A stretch of 64,000 bases of DNA from Azoarcus sp. KH32C (GCF_000349945.1 NC_020516.1:2870311-2934310), one strand, 5' to 3'; positions 40,367-51,047 are shown, counted from the first letter of the stretch. Made by a program: numbers and translations. The notes: a model not told the origin generated them from the letters alone.

Positions 40367-41793
40367 ACCGCTGGCCCGTCGCCCGGCCCCCAGCCGCCGC
40401 CCAAGGCTCGCACCAGCGCGACCGTCGTTTGGTATTGCGCCGACCGCACCTGCAGCGCTTCGCGGCGGTTGCGCAACTCGCTGCGGCGGGCGTCGAGCAG
40501 GTCGAGCTGGCTGACGAGCCCGCTGCGGTAGCGCACATCCGATAGCACCGTCGCGCGGCTCGCGGAAGCGACCGCGCGCGACTGCGCTTCGCTCTGGTCG
40601 GCGAGGAGGCGCAGCGCGGATAGCTGGTCTTCGACGTCCTTGAAGGCGACGAGCACCTGTTCGCGATAGCCGGCGAGCGCAGCATCGAGTTCCGCGCTGG
40701 CGTTCTTCACGCCTGCGTCGCGCCGCCCGCCGTCGAAGATCGGCAGCGACAGCAGCGCGCCGATGCCCCAGGAGCGGGCCGACCATTTGAAGAGATCGCC
40801 GAGGTCGGTCGACGCGTAGCCGCCGGAACCGGTCAGCGCGATGTCGGGGAACCATGCCGCTTGCGCGACACCGACGCGTGCCTGCGCGGCGAGCATCGAT
40901 TGGCGGGCGGAGGCGACGTCGGGACGGCGTGTGAGCACCGTCGAGGGGACGCCAGCCGGGATCACGGGCAGCGCCGTGCTCCAGTCGCCGGCATCGACCC
41001 CGAAGTTGGAAGCCGCGTCGCCGACCAGCACTGCGAGCGCGTGCTCGACTTCCGCGCGGCGGCGGTCGAGCGCGAACGCGTCGGATTCAGTCGCGGCGAG
41101 TTCGGTGCGCACGCGCGCGACGTCCAGTTCGGCGATGTCACCGGCTTCGAAGCGCCGTTCGGTAAGCGATAACGTGTCGCGATAGGCTCCGACGGTCTCG
41201 CGCACCAGCGCGCGTTCGGCATCCAGCGCCCGCAGCGCGAGGTAGCTGCGCGCAACGTCCGCCTGCACGAGAAGACGCGCGTTGCGGAGCAAAGCCTCGC
41301 GGCTGTCGGCGTCGAGCGACGCGGCCTTGCTCGCCTGCGAGAGTCGCCCGAAGAGATCGAGCTCCCACGAGAAGTTCGCGCCGGCACGGAACAGGTTGCC
41401 GGCGCCGCCGCCGGCCGGCGTGATCGCCCCGCCCTGCCGCGTGACGTCCGCGCCGATGCCGACTTGCGGCGAGCGATCGGCGTCCGTCGCCTGCAGCAGC
41501 GCGCGGGATTGCGCGAGCCGGGCCGCGGCGATCTGGATGCTGTTGTTGCGCTCCAGCGCACGCTCGACGAGCCCGTCGAGAACTGGGTCGGAGAAGGCCT
41601 TCCACCATGTGCCGTCGGCTTGCGCCTGGGCTGGCACGGCCTGCGTCCAGCGGCCGTCGCCTTCCTTGAAGGCCGCCGGCGCAGTCGGCAACGCGGCGGG
41701 ATCGATCCCGGGCGCCGTGGCGCAGCCGGCCAGCACGAGGGCGGCGAGGAGCGGCGCGAGCGCAGTGCGCAGGGGATGAGTCAGCAGTGTCAT
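40339..41793 (-). CDS. RND efflux outer-membrane factor (OprM/NodT family lipoprotein)
   Basis: Start MTLLTHPLRTALAPLLAALVLAGCA (lipobox) with AAGGAG RBS. OEP-repeat family. Convergent 28-nt overlap with the ppnN 3' end. Confidence 0.85.
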   Translation of the reverse strand: MTLLTHPLRTALAPLLAALVLAGCATAPGIDPAALPTAPAAFKEGDGRWTQAVPAQAQADGTWWKAFSDPVLDGLVERALERNNSIQIAAARLAQSRALLQATDADRSPQVGIGADVTRQGGAITPAGGGAGNLFRAGANFSWELDLFGRLSQASKAASLDADSREALLRNARLLVQADVARSYLALRALDAERALVRETVGAYRDTLSLTERRFEAGDIAELDVARVRTELAATESDAFALDRRRAEVEHALAVLVGDAASNFGVDAGDWSTALPVIPAGVPSTVLTRRPDVASARQSMLAAQARVGVAQAAWFPDIALTGSGGYASTDLGDLFKWSARSWGIGALLSLPIFDGGRRDAGVKNASAELDAALAGYREQVLVAFKDVEDQLSALRLLADQSEAQSRAVASASRATVLSDVRYRSGLVSQLDLLDARRSELRNRREALQVRSAQYQTTVALVRALGGGWGPGDGPAVQTVSATIR

Positions 41794-41803
41794 GTTCAAC
41801 TCC

Positions 41804-44800
41804 TTATTCGTGATGCGCACGCGGTGCGGCAAGGCCCGGAGCGGTTGCGGCGCCGCCCGTCGCGGACGAGCCGGCGAAGGCTTCGAGGTGCGGGATCTCG
41901 CCGTGCAGCTTCAGCGCGCGGTTGCCCGCGAGCCGGCGCAGCAGCACGTAGAACACCGGCGTCAGGAAGAGGCCGAAGGCCGTCACACCGATCATCCCAG
42001 CGAACACCGCGACGCCCATCGCGCTCCGCATCTCGGCACCGGCGCCGGTCGAGAGCACCAGCGGCAGCACGCCCATCACGAACGCCAGCGAGGTCATCAG
42101 GATCGGCCGCAGCCGCAGCCGGGCCGCTTCGATCGCGGCCAGCATCGGCGTGCGTCCGGCGAACTCCAGCTCGCGGGCGAACTCGACGATCAGGATCGCG
42201 TTCTTCGCCGACAGCCCGACCAGCACGATCAGGCCGATCTGCGTGAAGACGTTGTTGTCGCCGCCGGACAGCCACACGCCGGTCATCGCCGCGAGGATCC
42301 CCATCGGCACGATCAGGATGATCGCGAGCGGCAGTGTCAGGCTTTCGTATTGCGCCGCGAGCACCAGGAAGACCAGCAGGATCGCGAGCGGGAACACCCA
42401 CACTGCCGAGTTACCGGCGAGGATTTCCTGATAGGTCAGCTCGGTCCATTCGAAGCTGATGCCCGACGGCAGCGTTTCGGCCGCGATGCGTTCGACCGCC
42501 GCCTTGGCTTGGCCCGACGAGTAGCCGGGGGCCGGCGCGCCGCTGATGTCGGCCGACAGGAAGCCGTTGTAGCGCATTGCGCGTTCCGGCCCGAAGCTCG
42601 ACTGAATGTTCATCAGCGACGACAGCGGCACCATCTCCCCGCCCGGCGCACGCACCTTCAGCAACCCGACGTCCTCGGCGCGGGCGCGGAACGGGGCGTC
42701 GGCCTGCACGCGCACCGAATACGTCCGGCCGAAGCGGTTGAAATCGTTCACGTAGAGGCTGCCGAGGTAGATCTGCATCGTGTCGAACACGTCGGTCACC
42801 GGAATGCCGAGCTGGCGCGCACGGGTGCGGTCGATGTCGGCATAGAGCTGCGGCACGTTCACCTGATAGCTCGAGAACAGCCCCGCAAGCTCGGGCGCCT
42901 TCGACGCCTTCGCGAGGAAAGCCTTGGTCGCGGCATCGAGCGCCTCGTAGCCGAGCGACGCGCGGTCTTCGAGCTGCAGCTTGAAGCCGCCGGTCGTCCC
43001 GAGCCCCTGCACGGGCGGCGGCGGGAACATCACGATGAAGGCGTCCTCGATGCCGGCGAACTTCTTGTTGAGCTCCATCGCGATCGCGCCGGCGCTCAGC
43101 TCCTTGCCCTTGCGCTCTTCGAAGGGTTTCAGCGGCGTGAACACGATCCCCGAGTTCGAGCTGTTGGTGAAGCCATTGATCGACAGGCCGGGGAAGGCCA
43201 CGGCGTGCTCGACACCCGGCTGCTGCAGCGCGATCTCGCCCATGCGACGGATGACCTCTTCCGTGCGGTCGAGCGTCGCGCCGTCCGGAAGCTGCGCGAA
43301 GCCGATCAGGTACTGCTTGTCCTGCGCCGGCACGAAGCCGCCGGGCACTGCCTTGAAGAGCCCGAACGCCAGGCCGACGAGTGCGAGATAGACGATCATC
43401 ATCACCGCCTTGCGCCCGATCGCGCCGCGCACGCCGCCGCCATAGGCTTCGGCGCCGCGGTGGAACACACGGTTGAAGGCACCGAAGAAGCGCCCGAAGA
43501 CCTTGTCCATGCCGCGCGTCAGCGCATCCTTCGGCGCGTCGTGACCCTTCAGCAGCAGCGCGGACAGCGCCGGCGACAGCGTCAGCGAGTTGATCGCCGA
43601 GATCACCGTCGACATCGCGATGGTCAGCGCGAACTGCTTGTAGAACTGGCCGGAGAGGCCGGTGATGAAGGCGAGCGGTACGAACACCGCGATCAGCACC
43701 AGCGCGATCGCGATGATCGGGCCGGAGACTTCGCGCATCGCGCGGTAGGTCGCTTCGCGCGGCGAGAGCCCCGCCTCGATGTTGCGCTCGACGTTCTCGA
43801 CAACGACGATCGCGTCATCGACGACGATACCGATCGCGAGCACCAGCCCGAAGAGGGTGAGCGCGTTGATCGAGAAGCCGAAGAGGTGCATCACCGCAAA
43901 GGTGCCGACGATCGACACCGGCACCGCGAGTAGCGGAATGATCGACGCGCGCCAGGTCTGCAGGAACAGGATCACGACGAGCACGACCAGCGCGACCGCT
44001 TCGAGCAGCGTATGCACGACCGCCTCGATCGACGCCCGCACGAACTGAGTCGGGTCATAGACGATTTCGTAGTCGACGCCTTCGGGCATGTGCTGCTTCA
44101 ACTGCTGCATCGTTTCCCGGACGTGGTCCGAGATCTGGATCGCGTTCGAACCCGGCGCCTGGAAGATCGGAATCGCGACGGCGTCCTTGTTGTCGAGCAG
44201 CGAGCGCAGCGCGTAGTCGGCGGCACCCAGCTCGATGCGGCCGAGATCGCGCAGGCGCGTCACGGCGCCATCGGCACCGGTACGGACGATGATGTCGCCA
44301 AACTCCTCCTCGCTTTGCAGGCGGCCTCGGGCATTCACCGGCAGCTGCAGGTCGATGCCCTTCAGACCCGGCGACGCACCGATGACGCCGGCCGCGGCCT
44401 GCACGTTCTGCTCGCGGATCGCGCGGACCACGTCGCCCGCGGAAAGGCCACGCGCCGCAACTTTCTGCGGATCGAGCCAGATCCGCATCGAATAGTCGCC
44501 GGAGCCGAAGAGCTGCACTTGGCCGACGCCCTCGATACGCGCGAGACGGTCCTTGACGTTGAGCAGCGCGTAGTTGCGCAGGTAGGTCATGTCATAGCGG
44601 CCGTTCGGCGACAGCAGGTGCACGACCATCGTCAGGTCAGGCGAGCTCTTGACCGTCGTGATGCCGAGTCGGCGCACTTCCTCGGGCAGGCGCGCCTCGG
44701 CTTGCGAGACGCGGTTCTGCACAAGCTGCTGGGCCTTGTCCGGGTCGGTGCCGAGGCGGAACGTGACGGTCAGCGTCAGCAGGCCGTCGGTCGTCGCCTG

Positions 44801-45046
44801 GCTGCCCATGTAGAGCATGCCTTCGACGCCGTTGATCGACTCTTCGAGCGGCGTCGCGACCGTTTCGGCGATCACCTTCGGGTTCGCGCCGGGATACTGT
44901 GCGCGCACGACAACCGACGGCGGCACGACTTCGGGGTACTCCGACACCGGCAGCACGCGCAGCGCGATCAGGCCGGCGATGAACATCAGCAACGACAGCA
45001 CGCCAGCAAAGATCGGGCGGTCGATGAAGAAGCGGGATAGGTTCAT
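41804..45046 (-). CDS. RND multidrug efflux permease (AcrB/MexB family)
   Basis: Start at MNLSRFFIDRPIFAGVLSLLMF (classic AcrB N-terminus). ~1080 aa with 12 TM and large periplasmic loops. Confidence 0.9.
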   Translation of the reverse strand: MNLSRFFIDRPIFAGVLSLLMFIAGLIALRVLPVSEYPEVVPPSVVVRAQYPGANPKVIAETVATPLEESINGVEGMLYMGSQATTDGLLTLTVTFRLGTDPDKAQQLVQNRVSQAEARLPEEVRRLGITTVKSSPDLTMVVHLLSPNGRYDMTYLRNYALLNVKDRLARIEGVGQVQLFGSGDYSMRIWLDPQKVAARGLSAGDVVRAIREQNVQAAAGVIGASPGLKGIDLQLPVNARGRLQSEEEFGDIIVRTGADGAVTRLRDLGRIELGAADYALRSLLDNKDAVAIPIFQAPGSNAIQISDHVRETMQQLKQHMPEGVDYEIVYDPTQFVRASIEAVVHTLLEAVALVVLVVILFLQTWRASIIPLLAVPVSIVGTFAVMHLFGFSINALTLFGLVLAIGIVVDDAIVVVENVERNIEAGLSPREATYRAMREVSGPIIAIALVLIAVFVPLAFITGLSGQFYKQFALTIAMSTVISAINSLTLSPALSALLLKGHDAPKDALTRGMDKVFGRFFGAFNRVFHRGAEAYGGGVRGAIGRKAVMMIVYLALVGLAFGLFKAVPGGFVPAQDKQYLIGFAQLPDGATLDRTEEVIRRMGEIALQQPGVEHAVAFPGLSINGFTNSSNSGIVFTPLKPFEERKGKELSAGAIAMELNKKFAGIEDAFIVMFPPPPVQGLGTTGGFKLQLEDRASLGYEALDAATKAFLAKASKAPELAGLFSSYQVNVPQLYADIDRTRARQLGIPVTDVFDTMQIYLGSLYVNDFNRFGRTYSVRVQADAPFRARAEDVGLLKVRAPGGEMVPLSSLMNIQSSFGPERAMRYNGFLSADISGAPAPGYSSGQAKAAVERIAAETLPSGISFEWTELTYQEILAGNSAVWVFPLAILLVFLVLAAQYESLTLPLAIILIVPMGILAAMTGVWLSGGDNNVFTQIGLIVLVGLSAKNAILIVEFARELEFAGRTPMLAAIEAARLRLRPILMTSLAFVMGVLPLVLSTGAGAEMRSAMGVAVFAGMIGVTAFGLFLTPVFYVLLRRLAGNRALKLHGEIPHLEAFAGSSATGGAATAPGLAAPRAHHE

Positions 45047-45071
45047 GATGGTGCTCTCGATTGCGGGCGAA

Positions 45072-46304
45072 TCACGATTGCGGCGCGTCGGTGGCGCGGG
45101 CAGCGTTGTTGCTCTGGGACTGACGACTGTCCATCGCCACGGCCTGCGGCGCGACGAGCGAACCCGGCCGCACGCGCTGCAGGCCATTGACGACGATGCG
45201 CTCGCCCGCCTGCAGTCCTCCGCTGACGATGCGCAGGCCGTCGGCGGTGCCGCCGAGCGTGACTTCGCGGTACTCGGTCTTGTTGTCCGCGTCGACGACC
45301 AGCACGAACTTGCGGCTCTGGTCGGTGCCGATCGCGCGTTCGTCGATGAGCACGGCCGATGCCGCGTGCGGGCGCCCCATACGCAGCTTGGCGAACTGGC
45401 CGGGCATCAGGCTGCCCTCCGGGTTGTCGAACACCGCGCGCACGCGCACCGTGCCGCTACGCGCATCGACCTGGTTGTCGACGAGTTGCAGGTGGCCGTC
45501 GAACGGGAGTTCGGAGGTCGCGGCCGTTCCCATCTGCACCGGGATGCTTTCGAGCCGTGCCGGCTTGCCGTTCGCGCCGCGTAGTTCCTGCAGCGCACGC
45601 GCGACGACCTGCTCGTCCGCGTCGAAGCTCGCGTAGATCGGGCTGACCGACACCAGCGTCGTCAGCACCGGCGCACTGGGGCCGGCAGCGACGAGGTTGC
45701 CGACAGTGACTTCGAGCTTCCCGACGCGGCCCGACACGGGTGCCTTCACCTGCGTGTAACCGAGATTCAGGCGCGCCGACTGCAGCGCGGCCTGCGCGGC
45801 CCGCAGTTCGGCATCCGAGGCGCGGTGGGCGTTGGCGCGTTCTTCCAGTTCGCGCTCTGCGATCGCACGCTGCTCCCACAGGCGCTGGGCGCGTTCGTGT
45901 TCGCTCGTCGTGAAGGCGACGCGGGCCTGCGCGGCGGCGACCTGAGCGGAGGCGCGGTCGACTTCCGCGGCGTACGGCGCGGGATCGATCGTGATGAGCA
46001 GGTCGCCCGCCTTCACGAGCCCGCCCTCGCGGAAATGCACCTCCTGCACCGTGCCGGCGACGCGCGAGCGGATGTCCACGCGCTCGACCGCTTCGAGCCG
46101 GCCCGAGAATTCGTCCCAGGTCGCGACCTCGCGCTGCTCGACGGTCGCGACCGACACGGGCGTCGCAGCAGGCGCTGCGGCAGCCGGGGCAGCTTCCACC
46201 TTCGCGGACCAGGGCGCGGCAATGCCGGCGGCGATTGTGGTCAGGCCGATCGCGGCAGCGCCGGCGATCCAGAGGCGACGTGGTTTCCGGATATTGTTGT
46301 TCAT
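45072..46304 (-). CDS. RND efflux periplasmic adaptor (membrane fusion protein, AcrA/MexA family)
   Basis: Start at MNNNIRKPRRLWIAGAAAIGL. HlyD-like coiled-coil and lipoyl domains. Upstream of the RND permease. Confidence 0.85.
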   Translation of the reverse strand: MNNNIRKPRRLWIAGAAAIGLTTIAAGIAAPWSAKVEAAPAAAAPAATPVSVATVEQREVATWDEFSGRLEAVERVDIRSRVAGTVQEVHFREGGLVKAGDLLITIDPAPYAAEVDRASAQVAAAQARVAFTTSEHERAQRLWEQRAIAERELEERANAHRASDAELRAAQAALQSARLNLGYTQVKAPVSGRVGKLEVTVGNLVAAGPSAPVLTTLVSVSPIYASFDADEQVVARALQELRGANGKPARLESIPVQMGTAATSELPFDGHLQLVDNQVDARSGTVRVRAVFDNPEGSLMPGQFAKLRMGRPHAASAVLIDERAIGTDQSRKFVLVVDADNKTEYREVTLGGTADGLRIVSGGLQAGERIVVNGLQRVRPGSLVAPQAVAMDSRQSQSNNAARATDAPQS

Positions 46305-46335
46305 GACATGACTCCTGTCGGGGAACGGCCGTGGA

Positions 46336-47274
46336 TCAAAGCGGACCGGGAGACGCCGGCTCGTGGCCGGCGGGCCGTGCTGCCCGGTTCGCGATAAGGA
46401 ATTCGTGGATGCGCGTGCGCACCGGCTCACTCCAGGAGTCGTGGGTGACCGCCGGGTTGAGCAGCGCGTCCGGCCAAGCGCTGGGCGCCGGCAGTACGCA
46501 TTCGGCCGACGGCACACCGGCGGCCCGCAGCCGCCGCGCATAGGCGAGCGTCTCGTCGCGCAGCGGATCGTCCTCGGCGGTGATCAGCAAGGCCGGCGGC
46601 AAGTCGGCCAGGCGCAATGAGCGGCCGGGAATCGCATAAGGGTGCTCGGCATTGGCCGGTTCGCGCAGGTAACTGCACCAGCCGGTCGCCAGCGGGCAGC
46701 CGGCGGGACCCTGCTCGCTGCGGCGAACGGATGCCGTGCCGAGGCAGGGGTCGAGCATTGCCGACAACAGGATCTGGCCGGCGAGCCGCGGCGCGTGACG
46801 GTCGCGGGCCATCAGCGCGATCGCGGCGGCGATATTGCCCCCCGCCTCCTCGCCTGCGACGAAGACCGAAGCCCCCTGCCCCGCGAGCTGCGCGCGCTTC
46901 CGATAAGCCCACTGCAAGGCCGCGTAGGCGGCATCGACCGGCGCCGGGAACGGATGGGCCGGTGCGAGCGGGTAATCGACGGACATCACGACCGCGCCCG
47001 CGCCGAGCAACAGATTGGCAACCGCCGCGCCGCTGTCGAGCGATCCGGAAACGAAGGCCCCACCGTGGAAATGGACGACCAGTGGAGACCCCGAGCTACG
47101 CGTCCCGTAGACGCGGACGTTCAACGGCGCGGCAAGGCCGACGTCGATGCGGCTGTCCGCGATGGGCGGCAGTTGCGTCGGGGTTGCGGATCGGGTCTGC
47201 GAAGACGGGGACATTTTCGTTCCGGGACGGCGTGCGCCGAATACTGTGTTGGTGCCCTGAACGATAGATGTCAC
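46336..47274 (-). CDS. alpha/beta hydrolase (HSL/esterase-lipase family, abhydrolase_3)
   Basis: HGGAF oxyanion motif (VVHFHGGAFVSGS). Nucleophile GxSxG-like GEEAGGNIAA. True start may be an internal Met. Confidence 0.7.
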   Translation of the reverse strand: MTSIVQGTNTVFGARRPGTKMSPSSQTRSATPTQLPPIADSRIDVGLAAPLNVRVYGTRSSGSPLVVHFHGGAFVSGSLDSGAAVANLLLGAGAVVMSVDYPLAPAHPFPAPVDAAYAALQWAYRKRAQLAGQGASVFVAGEEAGGNIAAAIALMARDRHAPRLAGQILLSAMLDPCLGTASVRRSEQGPAGCPLATGWCSYLREPANAEHPYAIPGRSLRLADLPPALLITAEDDPLRDETLAYARRLRAAGVPSAECVLPAPSAWPDALLNPAVTHDSWSEPVRTRIHEFLIANRAARPAGHEPASPGPL

Positions 47275-47372
47275 TCGCTGTGGAATAAATAATCATTCCG
47301 TAGCTTCTTTATTTATGTTGGTGAATAATCGCGCTGCAGCAATTGCAGCGATCGAACGGGAGGGAGAGGCAA

Positions 47373-48284
47373 ATGGACCAATTTCAGGCACTGCGCGTCT
47401 TCGCGCGCGTCGTCGAGGCCGGCACTTTCACGAAGGCGGCCGACTCGCTGGGAATGCCGAAACCGACGGTGACGAAGCTGATCCAGAGCCTGGAATCGCA
47501 CCTGCGCGTAAAGCTCCTCAACCGCACCACCCGGCGCGTCACCGTCACCGCCGATGGCGCCGCCTACTACGAGCGCACCGCGCGGCTACTGACGGAACTT
47601 GAGGAAATCGACGCCAGCTTGTCGAACGCGCAGGCCTCGCCGAAGGGGCGCGTGCGAATCGACGTCCCTGCCGTGCTCGCCAGCCGGATCATCCTGCCCG
47701 CGCTGCACACCTTCCACGCACGCTATCCGGACATCCAGATCGACATGGGCGTCGGCGACCGGCTGGTCAACCTGATTGCCGATAACGTCGACTGCGTCGT
47801 CCGCGGCGGCAATATCATCGATGAATCCTTGGTCGCGCGGCGCATCTCCCAGGTCGAATTCATGACCTGCGCAACGCCGGGCTACCTGGCGACTTACGGC
47901 GTGCCCACGCATCCCTCCGAACTCGACGGGCCACATCGCGTCGTCGGCTATTTTTCCGCCGGCACAGGACGCATCTCCCCGTTCGAATTCGAGCGCGACG
48001 GGGAACGCATTGAAATCGTCGGCAATTACGGCGTTGCCGTGAACGACAGCAACGCCTATCTCGCCGCCGGCTTGGCGGGGCTCGGCATCATCCAGAGCGG
48101 CGCCTCCGTCCTCCAGGAGCATGTGAAGACCGGCGAGCTCGTGCCGGTGCTCGAAGACTGGACGACCCCGGGGCTTCCGATCTACGTCGTCTATCCGCCG
48201 AACCGGCATCTCAGTGCCAAGACCCGCGTCTTCGTCGACTGGATCGCCGAATTGTTCGGCCCGTCGAATGTGCGGAGGCGCTGA
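47373..48284 (+). CDS. LysR-family transcriptional regulator
   Basis: MDQFQALRVFARVVEAGTFTKAADSLGMPKPTVTKLIQSLE HTH plus a LysR substrate-binding domain. Divergent from the hydrolase gene. Confidence 0.8.
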   Translation: MDQFQALRVFARVVEAGTFTKAADSLGMPKPTVTKLIQSLESHLRVKLLNRTTRRVTVTADGAAYYERTARLLTELEEIDASLSNAQASPKGRVRIDVPAVLASRIILPALHTFHARYPDIQIDMGVGDRLVNLIADNVDCVVRGGNIIDESLVARRISQVEFMTCATPGYLATYGVPTHPSELDGPHRVVGYFSAGTGRISPFEFERDGERIEIVGNYGVAVNDSNAYLAAGLAGLGIIQSGASVLQEHVKTGELVPVLEDWTTPGLPIYVVYPPNRHLSAKTRVFVDWIAELFGPSNVRRR

Positions 48285-48285
48285 C

Positions 48286-49932
48286 TCAGCTCGCCCGCTC
48301 GCGTAGCAGCTTCTTGTTGATCTTGCCGACGCTGGTTTTCGGGATCTCCTGCACGAACACGATGCGGTCGGCTTCCGGCACGCCGTATTTGCATAGGCGG
48401 TTCGTCTCGACCTGGCGCATCAGGTGCTCGCGGATCGCCTCTGGCGCGAGCGTGACCCCGGGCTTGGGCACGACGTAGGCCATCGGCCGCTCGCCCCACT
48501 TGTCGTCACGGATCGCGATCACCGCGGATTCCTGCACGCCCGGCACTTCCGCGATCAGGCTTTCGACCGCGATCGACGACACCCACTCGCCGCCGGTCTT
48601 GATCACGTCCTTGATGCGATCGACGATGCGGACGAAGCCGTCCGGCTGTACCACCGCCACGTCCTGCGTATGCAGGTAACCGCCCGCCCACAACTCCTCG
48701 GACGCCTGCGGCTTCTTGAAATACGCCTGGGTCAGGAAGGGCGCGCGCAGCACGATCTCGCCCTGCGCCTGGCCGTCGTGCGGCACATCGCGCATCTCGC
48801 TGTCGACGACGCGGAATTCGATCATCGGCACGGGCCGGCCCGTCAGGGAGCGCAGACGCACCTCGGCATCGAGGTCCGCGGGTGCATCCGCATCGCGAAT
48901 CTGCGCGAGCGCCACGATGGGCCCCGTTTCCGACATGCCATAACCGGCAAACACGTCGATCCCCCGCTCCACTGCCGCCTTGCATAGTGCCGACGGCAAT
49001 GCGGCGCCGCCGATGATCACCTTCCAGCCCGAGAGGTCGTAATCGCCGCCGGCCGCGGCTTGCAGCAGCATCTGCAGGATCGTCGGCACGCAGTGCGAGA
49101 ACGTGACCTTCTCGTCGCGCTTTAACTTGAGCAACGCGTCCGGGACGTAACGCCCGGGCAGCACAGTCCGCAATCCGAGCAGCACGGCGACATAGGGAAC
49201 GCCCCACGCGAGTACGTGGAACATCGGCGTGATCGGCATGTACACGTCTTCGCGATGCAGGCGCTGTCCTTCCCGCGGGGCGCACAGGCTCAAGGCCGTC
49301 GTCAGCGCATGCAGCACGATCTGCCGATGGCTGTAGCACACGCCCTTCGGGTCGCCGGTCGTGCCGGTCGTATAGAAGGTCGCGGCCTTCGTGTTCTCGT
49401 CGAAGTCGGCGAAGTCGAAGTCCGGCGATGCCTTCCCCACCAGTTCCTCGTACTCGCCCGCGAAGCTCAGCGTTGTCGCCGGCATCGCCTGTCCATCCGC
49501 GAGCACAACGATCTGGCGCACGGCCTTCAGCTCCGGCTTCAGCTGCTCCAGCAGCGGCACGAAGTCGGCATGCACCAGCACCACTTCGGCTTCGGAATCG
49601 TTCAGCGTGTAGGCGATCTGCTGTGGCGACAGGCGCACGTTCACCGTGAACATCGTCGCCCCCATCATCGGGATCGCAAAATAGCTCTCAAGGTAACGAT
49701 GGCTGTCCCAGTCCATCACCGCGACCGTCGTGCCGGGGCGCACGCCGATCGCGCTCAGCGCCGATGCGAGCCGCCCGATGCGTTCGCGGAAGTCGCTGAA
49801 GCGGTAGCGCATTTCCCCGCGGTAGGTGATCTCCTGGTTGCCGTACAGGCTCACCGAATTCAACAGCAACTGCTTGATCAGCAGCGGATAGGCATAGGCC
49901 GACGCGGCGGCCGCGATCAGGTTGTCCGTCAT
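48286..49932 (-). CDS. AMP-dependent synthetase/ligase (long-chain/medium-chain fatty-acid--CoA ligase-like)
   Basis: Start at MTDNLIAAAAS. AMP-binding motif TTGTTGDPKG. Conserved GYGMSETG and C-terminal K-containing motif. Confidence 0.85.
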   Translation of the reverse strand: MTDNLIAAAASAYAYPLLIKQLLLNSVSLYGNQEITYRGEMRYRFSDFRERIGRLASALSAIGVRPGTTVAVMDWDSHRYLESYFAIPMMGATMFTVNVRLSPQQIAYTLNDSEAEVVLVHADFVPLLEQLKPELKAVRQIVVLADGQAMPATTLSFAGEYEELVGKASPDFDFADFDENTKAATFYTTGTTGDPKGVCYSHRQIVLHALTTALSLCAPREGQRLHREDVYMPITPMFHVLAWGVPYVAVLLGLRTVLPGRYVPDALLKLKRDEKVTFSHCVPTILQMLLQAAAGGDYDLSGWKVIIGGAALPSALCKAAVERGIDVFAGYGMSETGPIVALAQIRDADAPADLDAEVRLRSLTGRPVPMIEFRVVDSEMRDVPHDGQAQGEIVLRAPFLTQAYFKKPQASEELWAGGYLHTQDVAVVQPDGFVRIVDRIKDVIKTGGEWVSSIAVESLIAEVPGVQESAVIAIRDDKWGERPMAYVVPKPGVTLAPEAIREHLMRQVETNRLCKYGVPEADRIVFVQEIPKTSVGKINKKLLRERAS

Positions 49933-50129
49933 GGCTGTCTCCACCCTTGTTGTTCGATGTGCGGGATGCTCGTGCGCTAGTTCAGCATAGCGTTTGCCCG
50001 TCGTTGCGCCGATGAAAAATGCCGCATCTGCAACTGTTACGCACGGAAATGGTCCGGCCTGTATCTGTGCTTTCCGACCGCAACTTGAAAGAATGGAAAG
50101 CAAACCATCCACGAACCGGCAGGGCGAAA

Positions 50130-50735
50130 ATGACTGCAGCGGCAATCCCGGCAATCGATGTCGGCGGCAAACCGGAAACCCAGGGGCGGATACCGGGCAA
50201 CCATGGCATCTGGGTCGGCATCACCTGCGAATTCGTCGAATTCCTCGTGCTCTTCGCCGTGTACTTCATCGCCCGCGCGCACTTCCCCGCGGCCTTCCAG
50301 GATGGCGCTCCACGACTGTCGGTCGTCGCTGGCACCGTCATCACGCTGCTGATGGTCACCAGCAGCTTCTTCCTCGCCTGCTCGCTCGCCCGCATCCGCG
50401 CGGGCCGTCATCGCGAATCACTCTGGTGGCTGGTCGCCGCGCTGGTCCTCGCGCTCGGCTATCCGCTCGCGAAATACCTCGAAATCCAGTGGAACCTCGC
50501 GCACGGCATCAACGGCGAATCGGGGATCTTCTTCACCGTTTATTACTACCTCACCTTCACGCACCTGGTGCACGGCTTCTGGGGCATTCTCGGCATGCTG
50601 TGGGTGCTCGCGCGCCATCTTTCCGGTGGCTACACCGCCGACAACCACGACGGCCTCGAAGCGCTGGCGAGCTACTGGCACGCCACCGACATCATCTGGC
50701 TGATCATCTTTCCGCTCTTCTATGTGCTGGCCTGA
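50130..50735 (+). CDS. cytochrome c oxidase subunit III family protein (NorE-like)
   Basis: Start at MTAAAIPAIDVGG. ~200 aa, 5 TM, with heme-copper oxidase subunit III-like pattern (…HGFWGILGML…YWHATDIIWLIIFPLFYV). Confidence 0.7.
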   Translation: MTAAAIPAIDVGGKPETQGRIPGNHGIWVGITCEFVEFLVLFAVYFIARAHFPAAFQDGAPRLSVVAGTVITLLMVTSSFFLACSLARIRAGRHRESLWWLVAALVLALGYPLAKYLEIQWNLAHGINGESGIFFTVYYYLTFTHLVHGFWGILGMLWVLARHLSGGYTADNHDGLEALASYWHATDIIWLIIFPLFYVLA

Positions 50736-50738
50736 CCC

Positions 50739-51047
50739 ATGAAAGCGATCCCCGCGCCCCCCTCGACCTCGCTGACGCCGCTCGTCCTCTCCTGGCTCGG
50801 CCTCGTGACCCTGACCGTGTTCAGCCTGTGCCTCGCGCAATGGTCGGGCCACGCCGCGTGGCTGCAGCTGCCCGTCGCCGCCATCGTCTGGCTGAAGGGC
50901 TGGATCGTCGCGCGATCCTTCATCGAATCCCACCTCGCCCATCCCTTCATCGCGCGCGTGCTGCGGACCTTCATCCTCTGCGTGCCGCTCGCGTTGATCC
51001 TGACGACCTGGTTCGGCGATCGCATCGCGCGGCTGACGACGCTGTAG
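50739..51047 (+). CDS. small membrane protein, prokaryotic cytochrome c oxidase subunit IV-like (NorF-like)
   Basis: 102 aa with 3 TM, immediately downstream of the COX III-like gene. Family assignment is tentative. Confidence 0.45.
   Translation: MKAIPAPPSTSLTPLVLSWLGLVTLTVFSLCLAQWSGHAAWLQLPVAAIVWLKGWIVARSFIESHLAHPFIARVLRTFILCVPLALILTTWFGDRIARLTTL

Noticed and set aside
41792-43933. 713-aa plus-strand ORF
   Set aside because: Antisense to the RND permease gene. His/Arg/Asp-rich artefact.
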